From an uncultured Candidatus Saccharibacteria bacterium (GTDB lineage: Bacteria > Patescibacteriota > Dojkabacteria > SC72): a stretch of DNA of 64,000 nucleotides. The stretch is from assembly GCA_964610125.1 (NCBI GenBank), contig CAZSUV010000001.1:253240-317239 (forward strand), given 5' to 3'. The notes beneath the pieces are model-generated. The model was given only the letters and a program-made list of their open reading frames with translations. It made no database searches and was not told where the DNA came from. Of the stretch, positions 8,137-17,486 are shown piece after piece (position 1 is the stretch's first letter; each line of letters begins with the position of its first letter). The translations under genes were made by a program, and so were the position numbers.

Positions 8137-9258
8137 CTAATGCTTCATGCAATAATCTAATACTGGATCTTTTCCATTCATAATATCTTCTATCTTAGGT
8201 TCTATTAATATGTCCGGAAGTATATTATGCGAGTCATCATCTATCAATTTAAAATATTTTGATGAATATTGTATTTCAATCTTAGAATTAGGAAGAATTA
8301 ATTTTTTTATTTCTCCATAATGATTTACTCCTTGTCCTGTAGGCTGTCCTACTAAGATAGATTTTAACTTGTGCTTAATATCATATGTATTTAAAACTCC
8401 AGAAGAAAAGATTCTCCTATTAATTAAGCAATATATATGTGGGTTGCTAGCTCTTTTATAAGCTTTCAAAACAGATAATATGGGAGAGAAAAGAGAAGAA
8501 TCCCCTCCAGGGTTATTTCTTAGATCTAAGATTATCCTTTCAGGCTTATTCTTTAGGATAATTTTTATATCTTTTCTTAACTCCTTGATCGTGTATTCAG
8601 GATCCTCATGACATCGTGTGTACTTTAAGTACAGCGTAGTATCCTTCTCTTCTACGAAATAGTTATATTTCATATTTAAATACTTATTTCCTTCTATTCT
8701 ATAAATACTTGTTTGCTTTATAGGAGTATTTGAGTCAACCGCTTTAAGAGATATCGTTTTGTTATCTTCAAATGTGTACTTTATGTTATCTTCAGTATTT
8801 TGGGAAATGTATTCAATGATATATTCATCATTTAAAAATCTCGCTAATTCAGTTTTCTTATGCTCTTCATTATCAAAAACGATATATTTTTCCTCTTCTT
8901 TACAGAACTTTTTTATACTAATTCCATTAACTTTAATCAATTTCTTTCCTAAAGATTTCTCATAATCTTCTGGTATTATGAAAGGATAATAACCATCAGA
9001 TACCCATTCAAAATATATAGGGGCTCTTCGCCCATTTGTATATGTAGAAGTATGTGGGTCTTTGATTGCAGAGAGTATGGAGAGCAGGAGAAGATTAAAA
9101 TCTTCAGCTTTTAAGTCTTTGTCTTTTATCCTTTTAATTATAGATTCGCCAACGCTAAGAAACTTTTCTTTAGTTATCAAAGCGTATAGATTCTTATGTA
9201 GTAGAGGGAGATTTTGTACCAAATACTCTATATCTTCAATATATTTCTTCTTGTCCAT
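8137..9258 (-). CDS. S41-family peptidase (C-terminal processing peptidase-like)
   Basis: 373 aa; IILDLRNNPGGD motif typical of S41 peptidases; downstream Ser in RIFSSGV. Confidence 0.65.
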   Translation of the reverse strand: MDKKKYIEDIEYLVQNLPLLHKNLYALITKEKFLSVGESIIKRIKDKDLKAEDFNLLLLSILSAIKDPHTSTYTNGRRAPIYFEWVSDGYYPFIIPEDYEKSLGKKLIKVNGISIKKFCKEEEKYIVFDNEEHKKTELARFLNDEYIIEYISQNTEDNIKYTFEDNKTISLKAVDSNTPIKQTSIYRIEGNKYLNMKYNYFVEEKDTTLYLKYTRCHEDPEYTIKELRKDIKIILKNKPERIILDLRNNPGGDSSLFSPILSVLKAYKRASNPHIYCLINRRIFSSGVLNTYDIKHKLKSILVGQPTGQGVNHYGEIKKLILPNSKIEIQYSSKYFKLIDDDSHNILPDILIEPKIEDIMNGKDPVLDYCMKH

Positions 9259-9389
9259 AGGTAATTATATCATTAATACTAATTCGGGCGTTCCGTTCAC
9301 TATATAATCCGGAATAGAAATCCCGAACTGATTGGAATACAGGGAAAAACAATACTTTTGAAGTGTTCGGAATTATGTATTCCATAATA

Positions 9390-9464
9390 CGGAATGGAAG
9401 GGGCTCGAACCCTCAACCTTCTCAGTGACAGTGAGATGCTCTAACCAGTTGAGCTACCACTCCA
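9390..9464 (-). tRNA. tRNA-Asp (GTC)
   Basis: Cloverleaf folded by hand: acceptor GGAGTGG/CCATTCC, D-arm GCTC/GAGC, anticodon stem TCTCA/TGAGA with loop CTGTCAC, T-arm GAGGG-TTCGAGC-CCCTT, discriminator G. Confidence 0.8.
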
Positions 9465-9538
9465 TATTTCGTCAAAGAGTATATCAAACTATCATTTAAA
9501 TGACAATTCCCATATCCATGTGGTAATATATTACCCAT

Positions 9539-10459
9539 ATGGAAGAATGTCAAAAAATACTTTCTCTCTTTACTGCCGATATACTCCTGAAAATAGATAA
9601 GGATGGAAATATCTTGGGTATACTCCTAAATACCAAATACAATTTTGACATATCTGAATTAAAAACGGTATACCAAATCTTCTCCCCAGAAGAAAGAGTT
9701 CGAGTTAAAAGGGCAATAGCGATGGGTTTCAATAGTAGAAAGAAATTCATGGAAATCAATGAAAAGTTCGGAATAGATCAATATGTGGATGTCGATGTTG
9801 CAGAATACAAAAAAGGTATATATATGTTCATTAGATTTTTTGTATCAAACAGACAAAAAGAAGTAGAGTATGAAAGATATGTAGAAAACCTTCTAAACCT
9901 CTCAGAGAAAGATCCCCTTACTCAAGCATATAATAGACATGGACTTTTTGAAAAAGTTCGAAAACTCATATCTTTTAGTGACCCAGAGAAAAGAATAGGT
10001 ATTATATTTGTAGACTTGGATAACTTAAAGAAGATAAACGATGCTCATGGACACAAAGCTGGAGATAAAGCATTGTTAGCCATAACCAAAATTTTAGTAT
10101 CAACAGTGAGACAAAGAGATATTGTTGCAAGAATAGGAGGAGATGAATTTGCGGTAGTCGTTGAAGAAATGTCAGGAAGCCAAAGTACGGCGTATGGATT
10201 GTCCCAAAGGCTTGTAAAGGAATTTCAAAAACAAAAATCAAAAGACTCAGTAACTGCATCTCTCGGCGTACATGTATTTAAGATTGCAGATTTGTTAACA
10301 AATTCTAAGAATCCAGAAGAATTTGAAAAAGCATTTTCTAATGAAGTTGCGAAGGCAGATAATGCAACATATGAAGCCAAGCAAGCTGGTAAAAATCAAT
10401 CAAAAGTATCTAAAGAGTTCTCTGAATATTACAATGCAGAATCAATAGCATCTAAGTAA
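9539..10459 (+). CDS. Diguanylate cyclase (GGDEF domain) with ~140-aa N-terminal sensor-like region
   Basis: 306 aa; intact RIGGDEF active-site motif and RQRD (RxxD) I-site five residues upstream; AYNRHGL and FVDLDNLKKINDAHGH are GGDEF hallmarks. Confidence 0.8.
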   Translation: MEECQKILSLFTADILLKIDKDGNILGILLNTKYNFDISELKTVYQIFSPEERVRVKRAIAMGFNSRKKFMEINEKFGIDQYVDVDVAEYKKGIYMFIRFFVSNRQKEVEYERYVENLLNLSEKDPLTQAYNRHGLFEKVRKLISFSDPEKRIGIIFVDLDNLKKINDAHGHKAGDKALLAITKILVSTVRQRDIVARIGGDEFAVVVEEMSGSQSTAYGLSQRLVKEFQKQKSKDSVTASLGVHVFKIADLLTNSKNPEEFEKAFSNEVAKADNATYEAKQAGKNQSKVSKEFSEYYNAESIASK

Positions 10460-10749
10460 TCTTCCTTTGGTCTTAATCCTACTAAAGTATTCACTACCTC
10501 TCCATTTTTAATTACTAAAACTGTAGGGATACTCATAACCATATATTTTTCAGCCACTTCTCTTTCCTCATCAACATTCACTTTTCCAACCTTGGCTTTT
10601 CCCTCATATTCATTTGAAATTTCTTCAATAACTGGGCCTAAAGCCTGACAAGGGCCACACCATGGTGCCCAAAAATCAACCAAAGCAACACCCTCATATT
10701 TCAAAACCTCATTCTCGAAAGAATCGTCTGTAAAATGTATTAAACTCAT
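10429..10749 (-). CDS. trxA: Thioredoxin
   Basis: 106 aa; WAPWCGPC active site. Confidence 0.9.
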   Translation of the reverse strand: MSLIHFTDDSFENEVLKYEGVALVDFWAPWCGPCQALGPVIEEISNEYEGKAKVGKVNVDEEREVAEKYMVMSIPTVLVIKNGEVVNTLVGLRPKEDYLDAIDSAL

Positions 10750-10818
10750 TGTAGTAATATAATAACTTAAAAGTGTAGGAATAGTGTGTATTTCTGATAT
10801 TCCTAGTATAATTATACC

Positions 10819-11910
10819 ATGCTTCGAATAGACATAAATCAGAAAAAAGAAGAATCAATTGAAAAAGCCGTATCCATACTTAAAGATGGAGGTCTTTTAA
10901 TATTTCCTTGCGAAACCTGCTATGGTCTTGGATGTGATGCTACTAATCCCAAAGCTTTAGCAAAATTACTTGATTACAAAAAATTTAGGGGTTCAAAACC
11001 AATATCCATCGCGGTATCTGGAAGAGAGATGGCAGAGAAGTATGTGGAGATAAATGAAATGGCAGATAATCTTTACAAGAACTACCTACCTGGACCTATC
11101 ACAGTAATATCTATGAGTAAAGGTGAACTTGTTCCTCCTGTGGTATCAATTCAAGGTGCTGTGGGTGTTCGATATCCTGACTATGATTACCTATTGGAAG
11201 TGATCAAAGCCTTTGGCAAGCCAATAACCTCCACATCAGCAAATGTATCCTACAAATCCGCACCATACAATATTGATCAATTAATGAAGGATTTGCCCCA
11301 AAAAAGTAAAAATTTAGTAGATCTCATACTTGATGCTGGTACTCTTCCACAGAATCCCCCTTCAACGGTACTTGATACTACGATGAATCAACTTTCTGTC
11401 TTGAGACAAGGTAAGTTGGAATTTGAAAATGCTCTAATTAAAAACAAAAAGATTGAAGAAAAGAAAACAAAATTAACAGAAGAAACCATACGGTTAGGAA
11501 AAGAATTTGCAGACAAATATCTAAAAAATGATATTCCTATTGTTGTCGCACTTAGTGGGGAACTTGGAGCAGGAAAGACACAATTTACAAAAGGAATTGC
11601 TCAAAGCTTGAATATTACAGAGATAGTGAACTCTCCTACATATACAATTATTAATGAATATCCATATTTTAGAGATGGAAAGAAAAAGGTATTAGCCCAT
11701 ATGGATACATGGAGATTGGAGAATAATGAATTGGAGAAATCTGGGTTAATACAACATTTAGAACAAGGAAATATTGTAGTTATAGAGTGGGCTGACAAGT
11801 TCTACCAAGAAATAGCTGCGTTGTGTGATAACATGAATATACCTATGTACAAGGTAGTTATTAAATATATTTCATTGGAAGAAAGGAACATTGAAATATA
11901 TGAAGCATAA
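10819..11910 (+). CDS. t6A biosynthesis fusion protein: TsaC/YrdC (threonylcarbamoyl-AMP synthase) N-terminus + TsaE (YjeE P-loop) C-terminus
   Basis: 363 aa. N-terminal YrdC-like segment (GGLLIFPCETCYGLGCDATNP...PGPITVI). C-terminal TsaE Walker A LSGELGAGKTQFTKGIAQSL. Confidence 0.7.
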   Translation: MLRIDINQKKEESIEKAVSILKDGGLLIFPCETCYGLGCDATNPKALAKLLDYKKFRGSKPISIAVSGREMAEKYVEINEMADNLYKNYLPGPITVISMSKGELVPPVVSIQGAVGVRYPDYDYLLEVIKAFGKPITSTSANVSYKSAPYNIDQLMKDLPQKSKNLVDLILDAGTLPQNPPSTVLDTTMNQLSVLRQGKLEFENALIKNKKIEEKKTKLTEETIRLGKEFADKYLKNDIPIVVALSGELGAGKTQFTKGIAQSLNITEIVNSPTYTIINEYPYFRDGKKKVLAHMDTWRLENNELEKSGLIQHLEQGNIVVIEWADKFYQEIAALCDNMNIPMYKVVIKYISLEERNIEIYEA

Positions 11911-12976
11911 CGAACCAATAATAATTGCATTTGATACTAGTTGTGATGATACATCTGTAGCTATCCTTAAGGGCCGTAAGGTACTCTCTAGCGTAGTTTC
12001 GTCTCAAGTAGAAATACATGCACAATGGGGTGGTGTAGTTCCAGATATTGCCAGAAGAGAGCATGAGAAGAATATCCCTATGGTATATGAAGAAGCTTTG
12101 AAGAAAGCCAAGATGAAGATCGAAGATGTTGACTATGTGGCTGCTACATTTGGACCAGGACTAGCAATTGATTTAGAAGTAGGATTGGCCTTCGCAAAGG
12201 AATTGGCTATTAAATACAACAAACCATTTGTACCTGTAAATCATATGGAAGGGCATATGTTCTCTGGGTTATCTTTAAATACTAAGGGCAATGGTTTGGT
12301 CCCAGGCGAAATGAGTGAAGTTGAAAAACTTTTTCCTGCCTTAGCATTGTTAATTTCGGGTAAGCATACAGAATTAGTTCTTGTTGAAAAAATTGGGAGT
12401 TACAAAAAACTTGGAGAAACATTGGATGATGCAGTGGGTGAGGCTTTTGACAAGGTTGGTAGAATGCTTAATTTCGGATATCCTGGTGGTCCAGTGGTTT
12501 GTGAGTTTGCGAAGAAGGGTACTTCTGGAAATATTACATTTACAATACCTATGAAGAATAGTGGGGATATGAATTTTAGTTATTCTGGGCTTAAGACTGC
12601 GGCTTTGTACAAGACTAAGGAATTAAGAGAAGCTGATAAGCAAGATAAGGAATGGGTATATGATTTTTGTAGGGGTTTCTTAGATACCATTATTGATTCT
12701 CTGAATCTTAAGCTTAAAATGGCGGTAGAATCTAACCCCGGGGTTAAGACATTGTTTGTTGGTGGTGGGGTGTTTAATAGTGAAGAGATTGTTAGAAAGA
12801 TTGGGAATACTGCAAGATCATATGGGCTTAACTATATTTATTCGGATCAGGAGTATCGTGGGGATAATGCTGGGATGATAGGGGTTAGTGCATATTTTAA
12901 TATACTAAATGGTAAGTATATATCTGATGTAGATGAGATTAGGAAAGTGGATAGAGATCCTAGACTATCTCTTTAA
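11891..12976 (+). CDS. tsaD: tRNA N6-adenosine threonylcarbamoyltransferase TsaD
   Basis: 361 aa; IIAFDTSCDDTSVAIL N-terminus; VNHMEGHM metal-binding motif; overlaps the upstream gene by 20 nt. Confidence 0.85.
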   Translation: MKYMKHNEPIIIAFDTSCDDTSVAILKGRKVLSSVVSSQVEIHAQWGGVVPDIARREHEKNIPMVYEEALKKAKMKIEDVDYVAATFGPGLAIDLEVGLAFAKELAIKYNKPFVPVNHMEGHMFSGLSLNTKGNGLVPGEMSEVEKLFPALALLISGKHTELVLVEKIGSYKKLGETLDDAVGEAFDKVGRMLNFGYPGGPVVCEFAKKGTSGNITFTIPMKNSGDMNFSYSGLKTAALYKTKELREADKQDKEWVYDFCRGFLDTIIDSLNLKLKMAVESNPGVKTLFVGGGVFNSEEIVRKIGNTARSYGLNYIYSDQEYRGDNAGMIGVSAYFNILNGKYISDVDEIRKVDRDPRLSL

Positions 12977-13545
12977 TTAGTTGCTTTTAAGTCTTCTATT
13001 ATTTTTTCAAATGCAAGATTGCGATTTGCCGAGACATCATATGTCTTAATACCATATTCCTTAAACTTTTGATCAAAGTACTTATTATATTCAATGAAGT
13101 AATTTACATCTCCTCTTAATTCATCATCATTTATATAGTATGTCCAATCATCTTCAGTATCATTGTCCTTTATATTTTTAAAAAGTTCTTCGCTTGTAAT
13201 ATTGTTATACGTGAGTCCGATAATTTCATATTTCTCTTTATCTATATTGGGTAATATCCCCTCAAAATCAACATAAACTCCTTCAATAACATAGGGATTA
13301 TCATTATAAAAAACAGGTCCTTCGGATAACTCCTTTAAATATTTAGTTAGAAATGGTGCAAACCTAGTAGCGGCTTTTTTATCATTATAGTCATGTTTTA
13401 TTCCTAATTCTGGAAAAGCATCCTCTAAACCACAGATAATATTGTCCAAGTTTATAATACTGTAACCAAGTTCTTTATGAAGTAACTGCGATAGCGTAGT
13501 TTTTCCAGTTCTTGAAGCTCCAATTATTAAAATATTTTTCCTCAT
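12973..13545 (-). CDS. P-loop NTPase / predicted kinase (AAA-like)
   Basis: 190 aa; Walker A IIGASRTGKTT. Confidence 0.5.
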   Translation of the reverse strand: MRKNILIIGASRTGKTTLSQLLHKELGYSIINLDNIICGLEDAFPELGIKHDYNDKKAATRFAPFLTKYLKELSEGPVFYNDNPYVIEGVYVDFEGILPNIDKEKYEIIGLTYNNITSEELFKNIKDNDTEDDWTYYINDDELRGDVNYFIEYNKYFDQKFKEYGIKTYDVSANRNLAFEKIIEDLKATN

Positions 13546-13561
13546 TTATATTTCTTTAATA

Positions 13562-14815
13562 TTATCTCTTTAATATCTCTTCAATTTCTAACAATCTGTT
13601 GTATTTTGCCAATCTTTCTCCTCTATCAGGACCACCAAACTTACTCTGTTGTGCAGGAGTACCTACTACTAAATCAGCAATCATATCATCATTGGTTTCG
13701 CCACCTCTATGAGAAATGATAGCTGTCATACCATTATCTATAGTTAATCTAATAGCATCCAAAGTCTCAGTTACTGTTCCAATTTGATTCAACTTTATAA
13801 GTACGCTATTACATGGCTTCTCATCTATAGCCCTCTGTATTCTCAATACATTGGTAGTTAATAGATCATCTCCAACAATCTGATATTTACTTCCATACTT
13901 AGCGGTAAATGTATCCCATGTATTCCAATCCTCCTGATCAAAGATATCTTCTACAGAGAATATTGGATATTGTGCATACCATTCCTCTTGTAATGCCATC
14001 CATTCCTCGGAAGTTAATACTTTGTTCTCCCTATGTAGCATATACTTTCCATCTTTGTAGAATTCAGAAGCTGCAGCATCTATAGCTATCTCAAAATCTT
14101 CACCTGGTCTGTATCCTGCTTTTTGTATTCCTTCCATAATGATATCGAATGCTTCTTTGTTGCTCTGTATTTCTTTTGGAGCGTATGCACCTTCAAAACC
14201 TACACCAGTGGAATATTTCTTGGCTTCTAATACATCATGTATTGCATGGAATATTTGAGTTCCCGCTTTAAATGCATCTGAGAAGCTATTAAAGTTATCC
14301 ATCTTAGGAGCAACCATATATTCTTGTATATCTGTAGACCAATCTCCATGTTTGCCACCTTCTAAAACTAGAATCAATGGGCGAGGTAGTCTAAGTGAGA
14401 GTGGATTGTAATCTTTGTCTGAATAGATCATTCCAAAATATTCGTAGAGTTGTAATCCTAATGAATTTGCAGTTGCTCTACAGAATGCCATTGAGCATGA
14501 GAGGATTGTATTTCCCCCTAATTTGCTTTTTTGTGTTGTTCCATCTAAATCTATTAGGAAATCATCGAATTCTTTCTGACTTGTAAAATCTTTTTCTTTT
14601 AGGGCTTTTGCGATTACTGTATTTACATTTTCTACTGCTTTAGATACATGACCATCTTCATCTCTTAATTCTAATACCTCGTTATTTCCTGTAGATGCAC
14701 CGGATGGTACTTCTCCCTTTCCTTTATCTCCACTCCATAGTTCTATCTCTGTTGATATTGTTGGTATTCCTCTTGAGTCTAATATTTCTCTTGCGTGTAT
14801 GTTTTGGATTTTCAT
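13562..14815 (-). CDS. eno: Enolase (phosphopyruvate hydratase)
   Basis: 417 aa; MKIQNIHAREILDSRGIPT; SHRGGETNDDMIADL; whole-length enolase pattern. Confidence 0.95.
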   Translation of the reverse strand: MKIQNIHAREILDSRGIPTISTEIELWSGDKGKGEVPSGASTGNNEVLELRDEDGHVSKAVENVNTVIAKALKEKDFTSQKEFDDFLIDLDGTTQKSKLGGNTILSCSMAFCRATANSLGLQLYEYFGMIYSDKDYNPLSLRLPRPLILVLEGGKHGDWSTDIQEYMVAPKMDNFNSFSDAFKAGTQIFHAIHDVLEAKKYSTGVGFEGAYAPKEIQSNKEAFDIIMEGIQKAGYRPGEDFEIAIDAAASEFYKDGKYMLHRENKVLTSEEWMALQEEWYAQYPIFSVEDIFDQEDWNTWDTFTAKYGSKYQIVGDDLLTTNVLRIQRAIDEKPCNSVLIKLNQIGTVTETLDAIRLTIDNGMTAIISHRGGETNDDMIADLVVGTPAQQSKFGGPDRGERLAKYNRLLEIEEILKR

Positions 14816-14908
14816 ATGTGTATCTTTTCTATATTATTCTAATATTCTAGCAGAGGATTAGGGAATTGTCTTTAGCAATATTGTTTGGTAGAATCATGCA
14901 TATGCAAA

Positions 14909-14994
14909 GCCGAGGTGGTGAAATTGGCAGACACGCTACCTTGAGGTGGTAGTGGGAGTAAAATCCCTTGCAGGTTCAACTCCTGTCCCCGGCA
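14909..14994 (+). tRNA. tRNA-Leu (GAG), long variable arm
   Basis: Acceptor GCCGAGG/CCCCGGC (one A.C mismatch); anticodon stem CTACC/GGTAG with loop TTGAGGT; ~15-nt variable arm; T-arm GCAGG-TTCAACT-CCTGT. Confidence 0.75.
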
Positions 14995-15003
14995 TATTGT
15001 TAT

Positions 15004-15077
15004 GGACGACTAGCTCAGCTGGTTAGAGCATCTCGTTTACACCGAGAAGGTCATAGGTTCGATCCCTATGTCGTCTA
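15004..15077 (+). tRNA. tRNA-Val (TAC)
   Basis: Acceptor GGACGAC/GTCGTCT; anticodon stem TCTCG/CGAGA with loop TTTACAC; T-arm ATAGG-TTCGATC-CCTAT. Confidence 0.85.
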
Positions 15078-15114
15078 TTTTCTCCTCATTCATATCTCTG
15101 ATATACTGTTAGTT

Positions 15115-15675
15115 ATGACTAACTATTACAATGACCTAACCACAGATCCTAAGGAAGAATTACTATCCCATGTAGATGAAAATGATGTAGAGATGGAGGG
15201 TATTATGAGAGAAGAATGCCATAATGAGAGTATTAAACCATGGCATAGGAATTCTCATGTATATATTATCAATTCAAAAGGAGAGCTATATATTACTCGT
15301 AGATCACATACTAAGGATACTTCTCCTGATCTTTTGACTGTTACTACAGCAGGACATATACGATATCAAGAAGATCCTAAAGAATCAGCTCAAAGAGAGT
15401 TAATGGAAGAACTATGTTTAGAAGCACCTATACACTTTGTAAAGAAGTACAAAGTAGATTATGGTTTTGAAAGAGAATTCATATATGTATATTTTGGTAA
15501 AACAGATAATGTGCCTAAGATAGGGAATGAAGAAGTAGGTGAGATTATACCTATGCCTTTAGATAAGGTTGTCAGTGGTATCAAGGATGGGTCTTTAGTA
15601 CTTGCTCCTGGTGCTCAAGAGGTTATACAGATGCTAATACAAGAGAATCTATTAAGGTTGGAAATGTTTAACTAA
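15115..15675 (+). CDS. Nudix hydrolase of the isopentenyl-diphosphate isomerase (IDI type 1)-like family
   Basis: Track ORF 14968..15675 begins inside tRNA-Leu/Val; the first plausible ATG is 15115 (MTNYYND...). IDI-1-like DENDxxxxGxxxxEECH...HRxxS...N-KGELxxxRR...GH, plus Nudix box GHIRYQEDPKESAQRELMEELCL. Confidence 0.6.
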   Translation: MTNYYNDLTTDPKEELLSHVDENDVEMEGIMREECHNESIKPWHRNSHVYIINSKGELYITRRSHTKDTSPDLLTVTTAGHIRYQEDPKESAQRELMEELCLEAPIHFVKKYKVDYGFEREFIYVYFGKTDNVPKIGNEEVGEIIPMPLDKVVSGIKDGSLVLAPGAQEVIQMLIQENLLRLEMFN

Positions 15676-15710
15676 TATTTCTTAAGTGGTATATTTTATT
15701 ATATATAACT

Positions 15711-15938
15711 TTGGTATATATGATTATGAAATTTGAAACTGTAGCTATAGTTGTAATTGGTAGTATCTTAGTAGGAATACTAGGTGGTTTTGCTGCTAGA
15801 AGTATATGGATTGGTATTGGTTTACCTGTTGTTTTAATTGTTCTTGGTCTTATGTGGTTAGCTGTTAGACCTTCTGCTCCTGAAGTACCAAAGGAAGAAG
15901 AAAAGAAGGATGATACTACGCAAGTAAAGCAGGAATAG
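15711..15938 (+). CDS. Small membrane protein (75 aa), hypothetical
   Basis: Two TM helices then a charged tail PKEEEKKDD. The antisense ORF 15668..15952 is judged less likely. Confidence 0.3.
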   Translation: MVYMIMKFETVAIVVIGSILVGILGGFAARSIWIGIGLPVVLIVLGLMWLAVRPSAPEVPKEEEKKDDTTQVKQE

Positions 15939-15960
15939 GGTATAATTCTCAATGTTTAAT

Positions 15961-16033
15961 GGACGATTAGCTCAGCTGGTTAGAGCATCGCATTCACATT
16001 GCGAAGGTCATTGGTTCGATCCCAATATCGTCT
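15961..16033 (+). tRNA. tRNA-Val (CAC)
   Basis: Acceptor GGACGAT/ATCGTCT; anticodon stem TCGCA/TGCGA with loop TTCACAT; T-arm CATTGG-TTCGATC-CCAAT. Confidence 0.85.
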
Positions 16034-16036
16034 ATA

Positions 16037-16987
16037 TTATTCTTTGATTTCATCTTGAATCCATTGTTCCATATTTCCATATCCCGCCATAACTAAATCT
16101 TTTAATGAGTTACCTTTTTCAATTTGTTTCTTCCATAGGTATGCTCCTACATGGTATGCAGGTCCGTTGTTTTCTTTTAACATTTTACAAAATAACTTAT
16201 CATCTGATTCCTCAGGAATAGGTTTTCTTGTTCCCCACATATCACTAAACCATTGGATGAATGAGGGGCGAGATATAATCTCCTTATGTAATTGCTTTTT
16301 GATATTAATATCACTAGTATTGACCCATTCAGATATCGTTTTGACCCAGAATTTTGCATCTTCAAAAATTGGAGCATGATGACGAAAGTGCAGAGGTTCT
16401 ATGTATGTTGTTAACCCCTCTTCCCACATAAAACTGTAGATTTCTTCCTTGCGAGTTTCAGTTCTCTCAGGCATTTGTTTATCTAATTGCTTGAGGAACA
16501 TATGGGTTCCTTCATGAGCAGAAAAAGAAGTTATTTTTTCAAATGGAGTACCACTGGAAAATTGATTTTCTTGTAAAGCATCAATATTTATACCGCATCC
16601 TTGCCAGCAAAGGCTGGTAGCATCTCCTCGATGAGGGATATATAAAAACACAACAGGAAATGGTTTAATTTCTACTTCGGAATTTATTCTTTGAGTAAAC
16701 TCCAGCCCTTTTTTTACAGCAATTTTTGCTTCATCAAAATTAAATACACTTGATGCTGAATCCATCTCTCTTATTAAAGTATCTCTTCCTCTTCGTATTA
16801 TATCTTCATCAAAGTCATAATATCCATTAAAAGTTTTTAAAACGGTTGAGATTTCATCTGACAGAGGCGTCCCATTAGCAATGTAATCTCTAATCTGTGG
16901 AGTAAAATCATATATTCCTGGTTCCAGAGTTATATCTTTTAAAGGCTCTTCCTCTTGGTTTGTATTTGTAGTATCTGTATCAGGCAT
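16037..16987 (-). CDS. Hypothetical protein with HExxH (zincin-like) motif
   Basis: 316 aa; HEGTHMF is the only recognisable motif. Confidence 0.35.
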   Translation of the reverse strand: MPDTDTTNTNQEEEPLKDITLEPGIYDFTPQIRDYIANGTPLSDEISTVLKTFNGYYDFDEDIIRRGRDTLIREMDSASSVFNFDEAKIAVKKGLEFTQRINSEVEIKPFPVVFLYIPHRGDATSLCWQGCGINIDALQENQFSSGTPFEKITSFSAHEGTHMFLKQLDKQMPERTETRKEEIYSFMWEEGLTTYIEPLHFRHHAPIFEDAKFWVKTISEWVNTSDINIKKQLHKEIISRPSFIQWFSDMWGTRKPIPEESDDKLFCKMLKENNGPAYHVGAYLWKKQIEKGNSLKDLVMAGYGNMEQWIQDEIKE

Positions 16988-17365
16988 CTATATGTTCTGC
17001 TTAAATAGTAATACATATCCATCACTATCTTCCATAGTAAATTCTAATGTACCATAATCAGTTTTGTATAACTCTTTAATAATGATTATTCTATCTTTTA
17101 TTCCATCATATAAACTTTGTATATCTTCAACCTCAATATTCAAAACAAATGAACCCCCTAATCTCATATCCTTAAACTTAGAAACTTCTTTAGAAAATTC
17201 CTCTCTCTTAAAGAAAGAAATATGTATATCATCCTTAGCTATGGATACAAACGTAGGGTTATCTTCGGGGAATTCAAATTCTTTTTCAAAACCAAGAATA
17301 TCGGTATAGAAGGATACAGACTTTGATATATTATCTACCATTAACTCTAGAACAGCATTTTTCAT
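16988..17365 (-). CDS. Glyoxalase/bleomycin-resistance (VOC) family protein
   Basis: 125 aa; typical VOC N-terminus VDNISKSVSFYTDILGF. Confidence 0.65.
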   Translation of the reverse strand: MKNAVLELMVDNISKSVSFYTDILGFEKEFEFPEDNPTFVSIAKDDIHISFFKREEFSKEVSKFKDMRLGGSFVLNIEVEDIQSLYDGIKDRIIIIKELYKTDYGTLEFTMEDSDGYVLLFKQNI

Positions 17366-17486
17366 ATACTAATTATATACCAAACCACAGGTATTGTATC
17401 TTCCATATCCAAGATTTCTTGTCCTTCCAATATATTACCCATATTAATGGTATGATGAAGTACATTAAATTGTTATACCTACGATT

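Noticed and set aside
14968-15114. N-terminal 49 codons of track ORF 14968..15675
   Set aside because: This stretch is tRNA-Leu and tRNA-Val sequence read in-frame; the real CDS most likely starts at ATG 15115.
15668-15952. Minus-strand 94-aa ORF
   Set aside because: Overlaps almost exactly the plus-strand small membrane-protein ORF, which has cleaner TM helices and a charged tail; it also runs into the idi-like gene end.
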